Source: Kiritimatiellia bacterium
GTDB taxonomy: Bacteria; Verrucomicrobiota; Kiritimatiellia; RFP12; UBA1067
Assembly (NCBI GenBank): GCA_050949565.1
Contig: JBMNFY010000017.1
Span: 1,908,442-1,972,441 of the forward strand
Direction: 5' to 3'
DNA length: 64,000 nt
Shown: piece by piece, positions 1 through 9,932 of the stretch
How positions within the stretch are numbered: position 1 is the first letter of the stretch
Layout: the number at the start of each line of letters is the position of its first letter
The notes under the pieces: generated by a model
What the model was told of the DNA's origin: nothing
Database searches by the model: none
The model's input: only the letters and a program-made list of their open reading frames with translations
Translations under genes and position numbers: made by a program

Positions 1-1
1 G

Positions 2-1153
2 AGCGGTATCCGTTTCGATGACGCCTCCCTGATCGTCGTTGAAGATGGTAAAACCTATCGTCTGCCCAAAAACCCTGCCTATGCGCTACCGCCCGCGTCG
101 GCACCGCAAGACACGCAACGGCCGACCCTTGAGGCGCTGTTGCCACGGAGTCTGGCAAAAGGTGCCGCGGCCACGGCCAGCTCGGTTCATCAAGCCTATC
201 AAGCGGCCTTTGCCGTCGACGGCGTGTTCGACGACGATTCGCGCTGGATCGGCGTCGGTCCCGGCAGTTGGCTCGCGCTCGACCTAGGTGCGCCCAAGAC
301 GTTCCGCAGTGTCTTCGTGGCTACCGGCTGGAAGCGTGAAACGATCTACGCTGTGCGCGATTTCGATGTGCAGGTCAAACGCGGCACGACTTGGCAGACT
401 CTGCCCGGCGGTGAGATCCGTGGCAACGCCGCTACGGTTGTCGGCGTGCGTCTGACTGAACCAGTGACCGCGCAAGAGGTACGTGTGCTTATCAAGGACG
501 CAGGATATACGCGTATCTATGAGGTCGCACTTTTCGAAGATCAGCCCGAGTTGCGTGACACTGACGCCTCGCGTCTGACCCACGCTCGCGTCTGTCGCGA
601 GGTTGCGACTGAGCGCGACCTCTTCAACATTCACGGCACCTTCTACGAACTGCCGGCCCGTAATGCGCAGGGGTTCGCCAAGATCCGTCCGATCGCGACG
701 CACAATCTCGCGATCCACGACTACGCCTCGCACTTCGGCATGCTCTTCCTCACCGGTCTCCGCGATACGCAAGCCGGCGAACGTGTCTTGGCCAGCGCCG
801 ATGGAAAGAGTGCCGTCTGGGCCGGCGTGGTCGACGACTTGTGGCAACTGGGCAAGCCGCGCGGTGAGGGCGGTGTGTGGGCGCGTACCGCCGTGAAGGC
901 GGGTGTCCCTTCTGATCCCTATCTGATGACCGGCTACGACCAGAAGAGTGTGCGCTTGCTGAGTACTGCCGATGCCCGCATCACGTTGGAGATCGACATC
1001 GACGGCACGGCACTGTGGGTACCTTACCAAACTTTCACGCTCAAGGCCGATGAAGCGCAGACCCACCGTTTCCCGGAGGGCTTCTCCGCTTACTGGGTAC
1101 GCGCCGTCAGTTCATCCGACACCACGGCTACCGTACTGTTCTCTTACGAATAA
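2..1153 (+). CDS. 5'-truncated conserved hypothetical protein with inserted F5/8 type C (discoidin) domain
   Basis: Frame is open from position 2 to TAA at 1153. It has discoidin-like motifs (AFAVDG..SRW..WLALDLG..IYEVALF). Confidence 0.75.
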   Translation, partial: SGIRFDDASLIVVEDGKTYRLPKNPAYALPPASAPQDTQRPTLEALLPRSLAKGAAATASSVHQAYQAAFAVDGVFDDDSRWIGVGPGSWLALDLGAPKTFRSVFVATGWKRETIYAVRDFDVQVKRGTTWQTLPGGEIRGNAATVVGVRLTEPVTAQEVRVLIKDAGYTRIYEVALFEDQPELRDTDASRLTHARVCREVATERDLFNIHGTFYELPARNAQGFAKIRPIATHNLAIHDYASHFGMLFLTGLRDTQAGERVLASADGKSAVWAGVVDDLWQLGKPRGEGGVWARTAVKAGVPSDPYLMTGYDQKSVRLLSTADARITLEIDIDGTALWVPYQTFTLKADEAQTHRFPEGFSAYWVRAVSSSDTTATVLFSYE

Positions 1154-1176
1154 ATGCCATAAACACCAAACACAAG

Positions 1177-1277
1177 GAGACTCTTGCAAAACCCCTCGTG
1201 ACATGGGCGTCTCGCCCATGAAACACGGGCAAGATGCCCGTGCCACACCTGCAAACAAAGGGTTTTACAAGAGTCTT
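1177..1277. repeat. REP-doublet element enclosed by ~17-bp terminal inverted repeats (MITE-like)
   Basis: Ends are AGACTCTTGCAAAACCC and GGGTTTTACAAGAGTCT. The core has two palindromes, CATGGGCGTCTCGCCCATG and CACGGGCAAGATGCCCGTG. ACAAG flanks both sides. Confidence 0.8.
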
Positions 1278-1289
1278 ACAAGGTCAACT

Positions 1290-3683
1290 ATGAACGCTTC
1301 TCTTACACGTGCCTGTTTTATCATCGCCGCCGCATACGCCGCTACTGCTGCGCCGCTCGCCATTCCCAATGCGGGTTTCGAAGAGACTGAGAAGCCGGCT
1401 TGGACCCTTGCCGATGGCGGTATGAGTGTCATCACGGAAGCGGCGGCACGAACGGGCATACGCGGTCTGCGCGTCACGGACACCTCCGACAAAAAGGGCA
1501 GCAACTGCCGTTCCGCCCCGGTGCCGATCACCGCCGGCAAAACCTACGCGCTCTCCTTTTGGGGACGTGTGCTGGAAGGCGACGGCGCGGTCGGCGTCTA
1601 CATACAGTTCGCTGACACGGATAGGCGCGTTCTCACCTCGCCCTCGCGCTACGGCGAGATCATCCAGGCCATTCAGGGCGACAAGGGCGAGTGGCATGCT
1701 TTCACGCTCTGCGGACGTGCGCCGCCCGAGTCGGCGATGATGTGGGTCTGGGTGCACAGCTTCGTCGCCTCTCGCGGAATAGCCGACGTGGACGATTTTG
1801 CGCTCACCGAGTTGAGCGAGGCCGAGGCAGAGAAGATGCGTATCGAATCCCTGCGTACATCGCGGAGCGGTTTCCCGCCGCCCGATCCTGCGCGCGTCGC
1901 GCAGATCGCCGCTTGGCTCGCGCCCGCGCCGCACGGTCTGGGACGTCCTGCCACCGATCGCGAGGCATGGGATCGTTTGACCGCATTGCCCGAAGCGGCC
2001 GCGCTGTTGCGTGAAGCGGAAAAGATCATGAACACGCCGCCGCCGGAGTTGCCCGACGAGCTTTACCTTGATTTCACCAACACCGGCAACCGCCGCAACT
2101 ACGAACGGCCCTACGGTCAGCGTTCACAGCGTATCAGCACCTTGTTGCTGGCCGAGTGTCTGGAGAACAAGGGACGCTTTCTGCCGGCGCTTGAACGTGA
2201 TGTGCTCGCAGTCTGCAACGAGCGAAGTTGGACCATGCCAGCGCATGATAGCAGCCTCAGCAATTTCAACGGCACGCGCCTGACCATTGACCTCGGTTCT
2301 TCCGCACGCGGCTGGCTGCTCGCCGAAGTGGATGCGTGGCTCGGTCACCGCCTCACGCCCGACGTGCGTACGCGGTTGCGCGACGAGGTTCGTCGGCGCG
2401 TGTTGGCGCCCTATCTGGACGTGGTGCGCAACGGCAACATCAACGGCAACTGGTGGATGCGCTGTGACAACAACTGGAATGCGGTCTGCTCCGCCGGTGT
2501 GGTTTGCTGTGCCTTGGCGTTGCTGGAGCCGCGCGAAGAACGCGCTTTGGTGCTGGCCGCCATGGAGTTCTCCAACCCCTTCTTCATCAGCGGTTTTACC
2601 GACGACGGCTATTGCAGCGAAGGCATGGGATATTGGAACTACGGGTTCGGCCATTACGTGATGATGGGGCTTGCCGTGCGTGCGGCTACTGGTGGTCGGC
2701 TTGATATTTTCACCGACGAGAAGCTGCCGCGCATCGCCGCGTATGCCAAGGGTTATCAGATTCAGTCGGGCCGCTCACCTTGGTTCGCGGACGGTGGCGG
2801 TGCGCCGAGTCCCGGTGTCTGGGCGCTGCTCCGGCAGGTCTTTCCCGAGGCCGTGCCGACCGACGTCCCTATGCCCGCGCTGCTGAAGGGCGACCACGCC
2901 ACCATCGGGCTGCGGGCTTTCGGACAGGAGCCGCCGTGGACCGCTGTCGAGGATCGCCTGCCGATCCGTACCTACTTCCAAGACGCGCAAGTCCTGATTA
3001 CGCGCTCCGGTGGCGCGACCAACGAGGTGCCGTTCGGTGCGGCCGTCAAGGGCGGGCACAACGCCGAACATCACAACCACAACGACCTCGGCTCGTATGT
3101 CGTGGTACTCGACGGCGTCGAGATGTTGGGCGATCCCGGCGGTGAGACCTACACGCGCCGGACCTTCAGCCGCGAGCGGTATGTCAGCCCGATGCTGAAC
3201 TCGTACGGTCACCCCGTGCCGGTGGTGGCGGGTCAACTCCAAGTGACCGGTCGACGCGCCGCCGCGCGTGTGCTGGAGACCGCATTCAGCGACACACGCG
3301 ACCGCATCGAACTCGACATTGCGGCGGCATACGACGTGCCCGCGCTGACCGCGTTGAAACGAAACTTCACGCATGACCGGACAGCGCGCGTGATCGAGAT
3401 CAGCGACGAGGTTCGTTTCACGACGCCGCAGACATTCAGCGTGCCGCTCGTCACCTATCGCGATGTGACGCGTAAAGACGACACCACGCTGCATTTCCAC
3501 GACAAAAAGCGTTGTGTCGAGGTGAAGATCGCTACCGAGGGCGGAACTTGGAAGTTGGAAGACGAGCAGCTTGAGAACCCCGGCAAGGCCTCGCCGCGCC
3601 GTCTGGCCGTGACCTTCGCCGCGCCTGTAACCTCTGCCCGCGTACGTATCACCATCACCCCCGTAGTCGGATTCAAACCCTAG
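1290..3683 (+). CDS. Heparinase II/III-like protein with N-terminal carbohydrate-binding module
   Basis: Signal peptide from ATG 1290; IPNAGFE CBM-like start; NNWNAVC, EGMGYWNYG, KGGHNAEHHNHNDLGSY and DPG motifs. Confidence 0.8.
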   Translation: MNASLTRACFIIAAAYAATAAPLAIPNAGFEETEKPAWTLADGGMSVITEAAARTGIRGLRVTDTSDKKGSNCRSAPVPITAGKTYALSFWGRVLEGDGAVGVYIQFADTDRRVLTSPSRYGEIIQAIQGDKGEWHAFTLCGRAPPESAMMWVWVHSFVASRGIADVDDFALTELSEAEAEKMRIESLRTSRSGFPPPDPARVAQIAAWLAPAPHGLGRPATDREAWDRLTALPEAAALLREAEKIMNTPPPELPDELYLDFTNTGNRRNYERPYGQRSQRISTLLLAECLENKGRFLPALERDVLAVCNERSWTMPAHDSSLSNFNGTRLTIDLGSSARGWLLAEVDAWLGHRLTPDVRTRLRDEVRRRVLAPYLDVVRNGNINGNWWMRCDNNWNAVCSAGVVCCALALLEPREERALVLAAMEFSNPFFISGFTDDGYCSEGMGYWNYGFGHYVMMGLAVRAATGGRLDIFTDEKLPRIAAYAKGYQIQSGRSPWFADGGGAPSPGVWALLRQVFPEAVPTDVPMPALLKGDHATIGLRAFGQEPPWTAVEDRLPIRTYFQDAQVLITRSGGATNEVPFGAAVKGGHNAEHHNHNDLGSYVVVLDGVEMLGDPGGETYTRRTFSRERYVSPMLNSYGHPVPVVAGQLQVTGRRAAARVLETAFSDTRDRIELDIAAAYDVPALTALKRNFTHDRTARVIEISDEVRFTTPQTFSVPLVTYRDVTRKDDTTLHFHDKKRCVEVKIATEGGTWKLEDEQLENPGKASPRRLAVTFAAPVTSARVRITITPVVGFKP

Positions 3684-3690
3684 ACAACGA

Positions 3691-4593
3691 ATGAAAAAAC
3701 GTGCACCACTCAAACTCTCTTTTGACTACATGGACACTGCTGAGCGGCGTGTCCTCTCGCTCGAAGATGACGGCTTGTTTTGTCTGCCCGTCATCGGTTT
3801 TGACAATTACCGCAAAAAATGGCAACAGGCCGCGCTTCATGTCCATGAAGAGTGTCTTGAGATAACCTTATGTCTGCGCGGCGACTTGGAGTTTGAGACC
3901 CGGAGCAAGACCTATCCGTTCAAACCCGGGAGCATCTTTGTTTCGGGGCCGAAGGACGTCCACCGCTTGAAGTCCTACCCCAAAGGCATGAGCAAGTACT
4001 GGCTCCTGTTCCGCATTCCGGGGCCGGATTGCCGACTTCTCGAATTGCCGCAAAAGGAGGCCCGGTCACTTGTTCATGATTTGACGCATCTCCCGAACCG
4101 TCTTTTCGCCGGGACAGATGAAGTCCAGCGTCTTTTCAAGAAACTGTTCCAGCAATACGACACGCTGCCGGCCAAGACACCGGATCGGTCGTTGCGTCTG
4201 CGGTCAACGGCCCTGTCGCTTCTACTGGCGATCGTGGACGCGGCGTCTTCCCCGCCGCGCGAACGCCCCGAGGTACGGCTAGAGCGGATCATCGCGGAAA
4301 TGCGCGCGCATCCCGAACGCTCATATCCGATTGATGTTCTTGCCGAAAAGGCCGCCCTCTCGCCAAACAGCCTTCTTACGCGCTTCAAACGTCTCACGGG
4401 GTCGCCGCCTCATGCGTTCCTGATCGCGCAACGCATTGCTCGCGCCAAGGAGATGCTGGCCGAAGATAAACCGATCTCCCTCATTGCGGATCAACTCGGC
4501 TTTTCATCCCCGCAACACTTTTCCAGCCTGTTCAAAGAGATCACCGGGCATACACCTTCTAAATGGCGGATGTACAGAAAATCACCGAAGTGA
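3691..4593 (+). CDS. AraC family transcriptional regulator
   Basis: N-terminal cupin (HVHEECLEI) and C-terminal HTH (IADQLGFSSPQHFSSLFKEITGHTPSKWR). Confidence 0.92.
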   Translation: MKKRAPLKLSFDYMDTAERRVLSLEDDGLFCLPVIGFDNYRKKWQQAALHVHEECLEITLCLRGDLEFETRSKTYPFKPGSIFVSGPKDVHRLKSYPKGMSKYWLLFRIPGPDCRLLELPQKEARSLVHDLTHLPNRLFAGTDEVQRLFKKLFQQYDTLPAKTPDRSLRLRSTALSLLLAIVDAASSPPRERPEVRLERIIAEMRAHPERSYPIDVLAEKAALSPNSLLTRFKRLTGSPPHAFLIAQRIARAKEMLAEDKPISLIADQLGFSSPQHFSSLFKEITGHTPSKWRMYRKSPK

Positions 4594-4687
4594 TATTTAA
4601 TCCCTCGGCTTGCCTTTGTCGATTTATACTTGTGCCCTAATTACGTCGTGTTCTGTTTGTAAACTCACAACCGAAAGGAGACAGAAG

Positions 4688-7600
4688 ATGAAACATCAAA
4701 AGCAGTCGTTAAGTTTCATTACAATCGGACTCGCGAGCATTTGCACGATGCTGGCCGGAGGTGTCGTCGCATCGCTGCCGACACCGATGGCGTGGTTCAC
4801 GATGGCCGAAGTCGAAGGGGCAGGAACCGTTATCGACGCATCCGGGAACGGGCGCAATCTCACCTTAGGGGCGAACGTGCAGATTGTCGACACCGAGCGG
4901 CACGGCAAGGCACTCAAATTCAGCGGCACGACGGCTGACTGGGCGCGGTTCTCCTGCCCCGCAGTCACGAACACCACGATTTCGTTCTGGCTCAACCGCG
5001 ATGCGCAGGACAGTTCAATCACCAATGCCTCCGGCACCGAGTTGAACACGATTCCCTATTTTCTCAATACCGGCTATTCGGGGTTCGGTATCAACTACGG
5101 AAGGAACACCGAAAACATATCGTTTATCAATCAAGCTAACAGTCCGCAGAGTAATTTTTTGGCTTTCGATGTATTGGCCAGATTGGCTTGGCACCATGTG
5201 GCGATTATCGTTGAACACATAGGGACGGACACAGTGAGCGGTTTCGAGATCCTGAAGTGTACCTCTTGTCGCGACGGATATTTTTACAAAAGTATCGTCT
5301 GGACGAACAATGCGGCGATGCGGACAGGTACCCAGACCGCCACGATCGGTAACAGCGGTGCCGGCGGTAATCGCCCGATCTCTGGTCTGATGGCCGACAT
5401 CCGTTTTTACGATCAGGCACTGACCCCCGCCCAAGTTGTGCAGGTTGCCTCAGAGGGCGGCGGTGCTGGCGCGCCCGAGCTGGTCATGCACTGGCCCTTC
5501 GACGAGATGACCGCGAATGAGGACGGCACATTCACGACGCCCGAGGCCACCGGTAGCGGTGCCACCATGACGTTGGGGGAGAACATGACGCTCGTCGACG
5601 ACGGGGTCATCGGCAAGGCTCTGTGTTTCAGGGGCACGAGCGGTCTCGGCGGCAGGGCGACGTCGATCGATCGTCCGGTCTACGAATATACGGCCACATG
5701 CTGGGTGCGGCGTTCGAGTCAGGCTCATCTGTACGACGCACTGGTCGATAAGCCCTATCCGCGTCTTTTTGACAGCTTCACCTCTTCGGGTGGTGGCGGT
5801 TACTGCATTTTTGAAGATCTCGCCGATAACGGCAAGGGCTTTTCCCTGATGCCGGCCGGGGCGGGCACCACGTTTAAGGCCGTACTTGGCACGCGCTCTC
5901 CGATGTCGATGTGTGGAGTCACTTGGCCATGGTGACGCGTTACATCACGGAGGGCGCTGACGCAGGCAAGGGCATCATCGATTTTTACGTGAACGGGGAG
6001 CCGGTCCATTCATACGATCTCCAGGCTGTGTTCAATCTGGTGCCAGTGCAGGCAGGTCGGGTATTCTGGGTTGGCAATGCAAACAGCGGGTACGATGGCA
6101 ACCGTTATTTCTGTGGCGAGTTTGACGATTTTCGCATCTACGATGGCGCGCTATCGTCCAACGAGGTTAGGCGCATCTCCCGTGGACTGGCGGCGATTTC
6201 CGCCGGATCGGACTTCACCGTCACCGGAGACTCGGCGGTTCTGGCCGGTACGGTCGGCAATCAAGCCGAGGGCACGTTGCGCAAGGGGTACGCCGGTACG
6301 ACGGCATGGTCGCTCGTTTCGGCACCTGAGGGCGGGGAGGGTGCTGTCATCCTCCAGCCGGAAGCCGCGCTCACGTCTGTCACGTTGCCAGTCGCGGGAG
6401 AGTACGTCTTCCGCCTCACGATTTCCGACCTTGGTGCCTCGATGTCGGATGACGTCACGGTGACCCGCGTCGTCGAGGATACCGCCAACACAGCACCGAC
6501 CGTTTCGCTGGCGGCGATGGCGGCGATGGCGGCGGTCACGCTGCCGGCGCCTCTGGAGCTTACGGCGACCGTCTCCGACGATGGCAGGCCGGCACCAGCG
6601 GCGCTCCGCACGCGCTGGACCAAAAAGTCAGGCCCCGGCGGTGTGTGGTTCGAGCCTGCGGACGCCGTGTCGACCAAGGCGTATTTCTCGGTCGGCGGCA
6701 CGTATGTCCTCACCTGTTGCGCGGATGACGGACAGGCGCAGACGGCCTCCGACGTGACGGCGACGGTGGCGGACGCTGCGGACGGTGACACGCTCACGAA
6801 CGGCCTGACGCGTTGCTGGACGCTGGAGGGGCATGCCCTGCCGTTCGGTACGGATGCGGTGACGGGCACGCCGATAAGCAGTGCCCCGGACTATGTGACA
6901 CGTGTCTATCTGCCGGGCAGGCTCGGAAACGGCATCCGCTGCATGGGCGCACACCTCTCTTACTTCAACACCGGACTATCCTTTGCGGAGACCAAGGATC
7001 CGGCCATGACCCAAAACTGGTGGCCTGTGGAGCAGTACCAGACCATCAGCGCGTGGATTAAGATCGACTCCACAGACACCAACGAGGTGTTGGGTGCAAA
7101 CATCCTCATGCAGCCGTATACGCTCGGCATCCGCTACAACGAAACAGGTACGTCCGCGCAGACGGGCGGCTTCTGCATTCATCAGCAGGGTGCCCTTGAT
7201 ACGGGCGGGATTAACATCGGTTGGGCACGGTATTTCTATCCCGCGCCGACGGTGAGTCCTGTCGATCGTTGGATGCACATCTGCGCTGTCGTCGACCGTC
7301 GTGAGGGGGAGGACATGGAGATGTGGTATGACGGTGTCAAGCAGACGCGGCTGAACACGGGTTCTGCTCGCGGTCGTGTAAATGGCAACAAAATCCTGCT
7401 TGGTGGACATGACAAGGCGGACGGAAACGACTACAACGGGTGCTGGACGAACTCCGTTTCCGGCGGGTTCTACAGCCGCACCTTTCCCGGCGTGATCGAC
7501 GAGGTGCGCATCTGGACGCGCAAGTTGTCGGAGGGTGAAATCCGCTATCTGGCGGCGAACCCGGTGATCGACCCCAATCGTGCGCCGACGATTGACGTGC

Positions 7601-7890
7601 CGGATGTGCCGCCACGGATGGTGGAGAAGCGCGTTACGGCGGTAGCGGCGGCTGTGTTTGATGATGCATTGCCCACAGGTAGTGTGCTGACGTATGCGTG
7701 GAGTGTACTTTCGGACAATGCGTCCGATGCTGTCTTCGGCGACGCGTCGGTGCGCGAGACGACCTTCACCGCGTACGCGGCCGGTACATACAAGCTCCAG
7801 CTTGTTGTTTCGGACGGCGAGCGGACAACCTATTCGCGGATCTGCACTGTGGATGTGTCTACAGCGGGAACCCTGATCCGCATCCGGTAA
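4688..7890 (+). CDS. Secreted multi-LamG (jellyroll) and PKD-like domain protein, split by one frameshift near 5885
   Basis: RBS AAAGGAG precedes ATG 4688. Three LamG repeats (WHHVA..DIRFYD; WSHLA..DDFRIYD; WMHIC..DEVRIW). ORFs 4688-5935 and 5911-7890 join inside the second repeat. Confidence 0.75.
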
Positions 7891-8006
7891 ACACGAAGGA
7901 TGGAGAGGAATCAGAAGTGAAAATCGTGAAAAGATACGCAGATACCACCCCGGCCACAAATAATGCCGCAACTCTGGACAGCGACCATAGCCGTTCAAGT
8001 GGAACC

Positions 8007-9932
8007 ATGAAACACATGAAATTTCATGAAAAACAGGGGCTCCTTGGCGGTTTCAGAAGGCGTTCAACTTTCAACGCTCAATTAAGTGTGCAAAATTTGG
8101 AGTGCGGTGACAAGAGTCGCGCTGTGCGCGGGTCGCGGCACCGCTTTCTCTCCGCGCTGTGCGCGGAGACACTCTTAGTCCTCACTCTTAATGCCTTTGC
8201 GCTTGCGCTGGTGTGTGGCTGCGCTGTGTGCGAGAAGACGGCGCAGCCAGCGATAGGCCCGGCGGCGCCGCTCGTGTTCACGGGTGACGTGCGCGGCGGG
8301 GCGCTCATCGAAGCGCCCGGTGGTGCCGAGCAGACGTTCGAGTGCTGGTTCATGGCGCTCGGTATGGGTCAAGGCGACAAACCCTATGACCGTATCGTGC
8401 AGACGCCGGACTGGTACCTTCACACGATCGCGAGCGAAGACGAGGTGAGCGCACTGACCTTCGGTTACACAGGTGCCGACGGGAAGGTACAGGGTTTCGG
8501 CAATCTCGGTGGCGCTGAGGGCGTCTATTTCGGCAAGTGGCAGCATGTCGCCGTCACGTACGCGCCCGAGGGTTTCCGCGTCTACCTGAACGGTACGCTG
8601 ATTTCCGGTGCCAAGGCACTTGCGCGCGCGCTTCCCGAGTCGCTCAAAGGCGGCCTTGCGTGTCTCGGCAACAGTTCCTTTGGCGCGCAGCGTGCATTTA
8701 AGGGCAAGATCGCGGGTGCGCGCTTTCTTGATCGTGCGCTGTCTGCCGCCGAGGTCGCCGCGCGTGCGACGATCAATCCCGACGGTAAGCCCATTGAGGT
8801 GCCGCCGAGCGCGGCAGCGACCGAGGCCGATCAAATTCCGGTCGTCGATATCTCGACCGACGCGTCGCGCCAAGTGATCATAGCCGAAGGAGCGAAAGAC
8901 CGCTACGAAGGCCATCCGACGACACTCCTCGCAGATGACGGTCGGACGATGTTCTGCGTCTGGACGACGGGACACGGCGGCCCGTGCGGACAGATGGCGC
9001 GTTCGGACGATGGCGGCTTGACGTGGACGCGGCTCGATGCGACACTTCCCGAGGTCTACGGGCGTACCCACCAGAACTGTCCCGTGCTGCAAAAAGCGAA
9101 GGGGCCGGACGGCAAAATGCGGTATTTCATCTATAGTGCTAAGGCTAGGGAAGGGCGCGGCCTCGGCATCCTCATGAGTGAGGATCTCGGTAAAAGCTGG
9201 CGGGAAATGCCCTTTCAGGCGCATCTTTCCGCAGGCATGCCGCCGACGGGCTTCATGGTGCTTAAGGACGGCACCTGTGCCCTGTTCGGGCAGATCTTCA
9301 AGTCGCGTGCGAAGGCCAAGGACCGCCCCACCGACGACCAAGCGGTGTGGATGTCTGTCTCGCAGGACGGCGGTATCACTTGGGGGCCGTCGCGCATTGT
9401 CGCGGAAGCCGACCGGCGTAACCTCTGCGAGCCGTGCTGCCTGCGTTCGCCGGACGGCAATACGCTTGTCCTGATCATGCGTGAGAACCGTCACCGCGGG
9501 CGTAGCATGATGTGCTTCTCGCGGGACGAGGGCCAGACGTGGACGACGCCGGTCGACACGCCGTGGGCGCTGACCGGCGACCGTCACGAAGGCGTGCTGC
9601 TGCCGGACGGACGCTATGTGATTGCGTTCCGTGACCGGGCGCTCGGCTCGGAGACGTACGGCCAGTTCATGGCGTGGGTCGGCACATGGGAGGATATCGT
9701 GCATGCCCGTCCTGGTCAGTACCGTATCCACCTGCTGCGTCACTACGGTCGCGGTGGTGTCTATCCGAGTGGCGACGGCGACACCGGTTATCCGGGGGTG
9801 GAACTGTTGCCGGACGGCACGCTGGTCTGTACCACCTACACGCGCCATTTCCCCGACGACCGTCAGAGTTCAGTGGTCCTCACGCGCTTCAAGATCGAAG
9901 AGATCGATAACCTTTACAGGAAAGCCAAATGA
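8007..9932 (+). CDS. LamG plus BNR/Asp-box sialidase-like protein, probable lipoprotein (start uncertain)
   Basis: Hydrophobic stretch ending VCGC; WQHVAVTY LamG motif; Asp-boxes SDDGGLTW, SEDLGKSW, SQDGGITW and SRDEGQTW; DTGYP motif. Confidence 0.8.
   Translation: MKHMKFHEKQGLLGGFRRRSTFNAQLSVQNLECGDKSRAVRGSRHRFLSALCAETLLVLTLNAFALALVCGCAVCEKTAQPAIGPAAPLVFTGDVRGGALIEAPGGAEQTFECWFMALGMGQGDKPYDRIVQTPDWYLHTIASEDEVSALTFGYTGADGKVQGFGNLGGAEGVYFGKWQHVAVTYAPEGFRVYLNGTLISGAKALARALPESLKGGLACLGNSSFGAQRAFKGKIAGARFLDRALSAAEVAARATINPDGKPIEVPPSAAATEADQIPVVDISTDASRQVIIAEGAKDRYEGHPTTLLADDGRTMFCVWTTGHGGPCGQMARSDDGGLTWTRLDATLPEVYGRTHQNCPVLQKAKGPDGKMRYFIYSAKAREGRGLGILMSEDLGKSWREMPFQAHLSAGMPPTGFMVLKDGTCALFGQIFKSRAKAKDRPTDDQAVWMSVSQDGGITWGPSRIVAEADRRNLCEPCCLRSPDGNTLVLIMRENRHRGRSMMCFSRDEGQTWTTPVDTPWALTGDRHEGVLLPDGRYVIAFRDRALGSETYGQFMAWVGTWEDIVHARPGQYRIHLLRHYGRGGVYPSGDGDTGYPGVELLPDGTLVCTTYTRHFPDDRQSSVVLTRFKIEEIDNLYRKAK

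Noticed and set aside
972-1289. Extended N-terminus of the heparinase-like ORF
   Set aside because: It overlaps the upstream gene and runs through the repeat element; the signal peptide begins at ATG 1290.
5880-5935. Programmed frameshift in the LamG protein
   Set aside because: No slippery sequence is evident and the break falls mid-domain, so it is probably a sequencing error or mutation.
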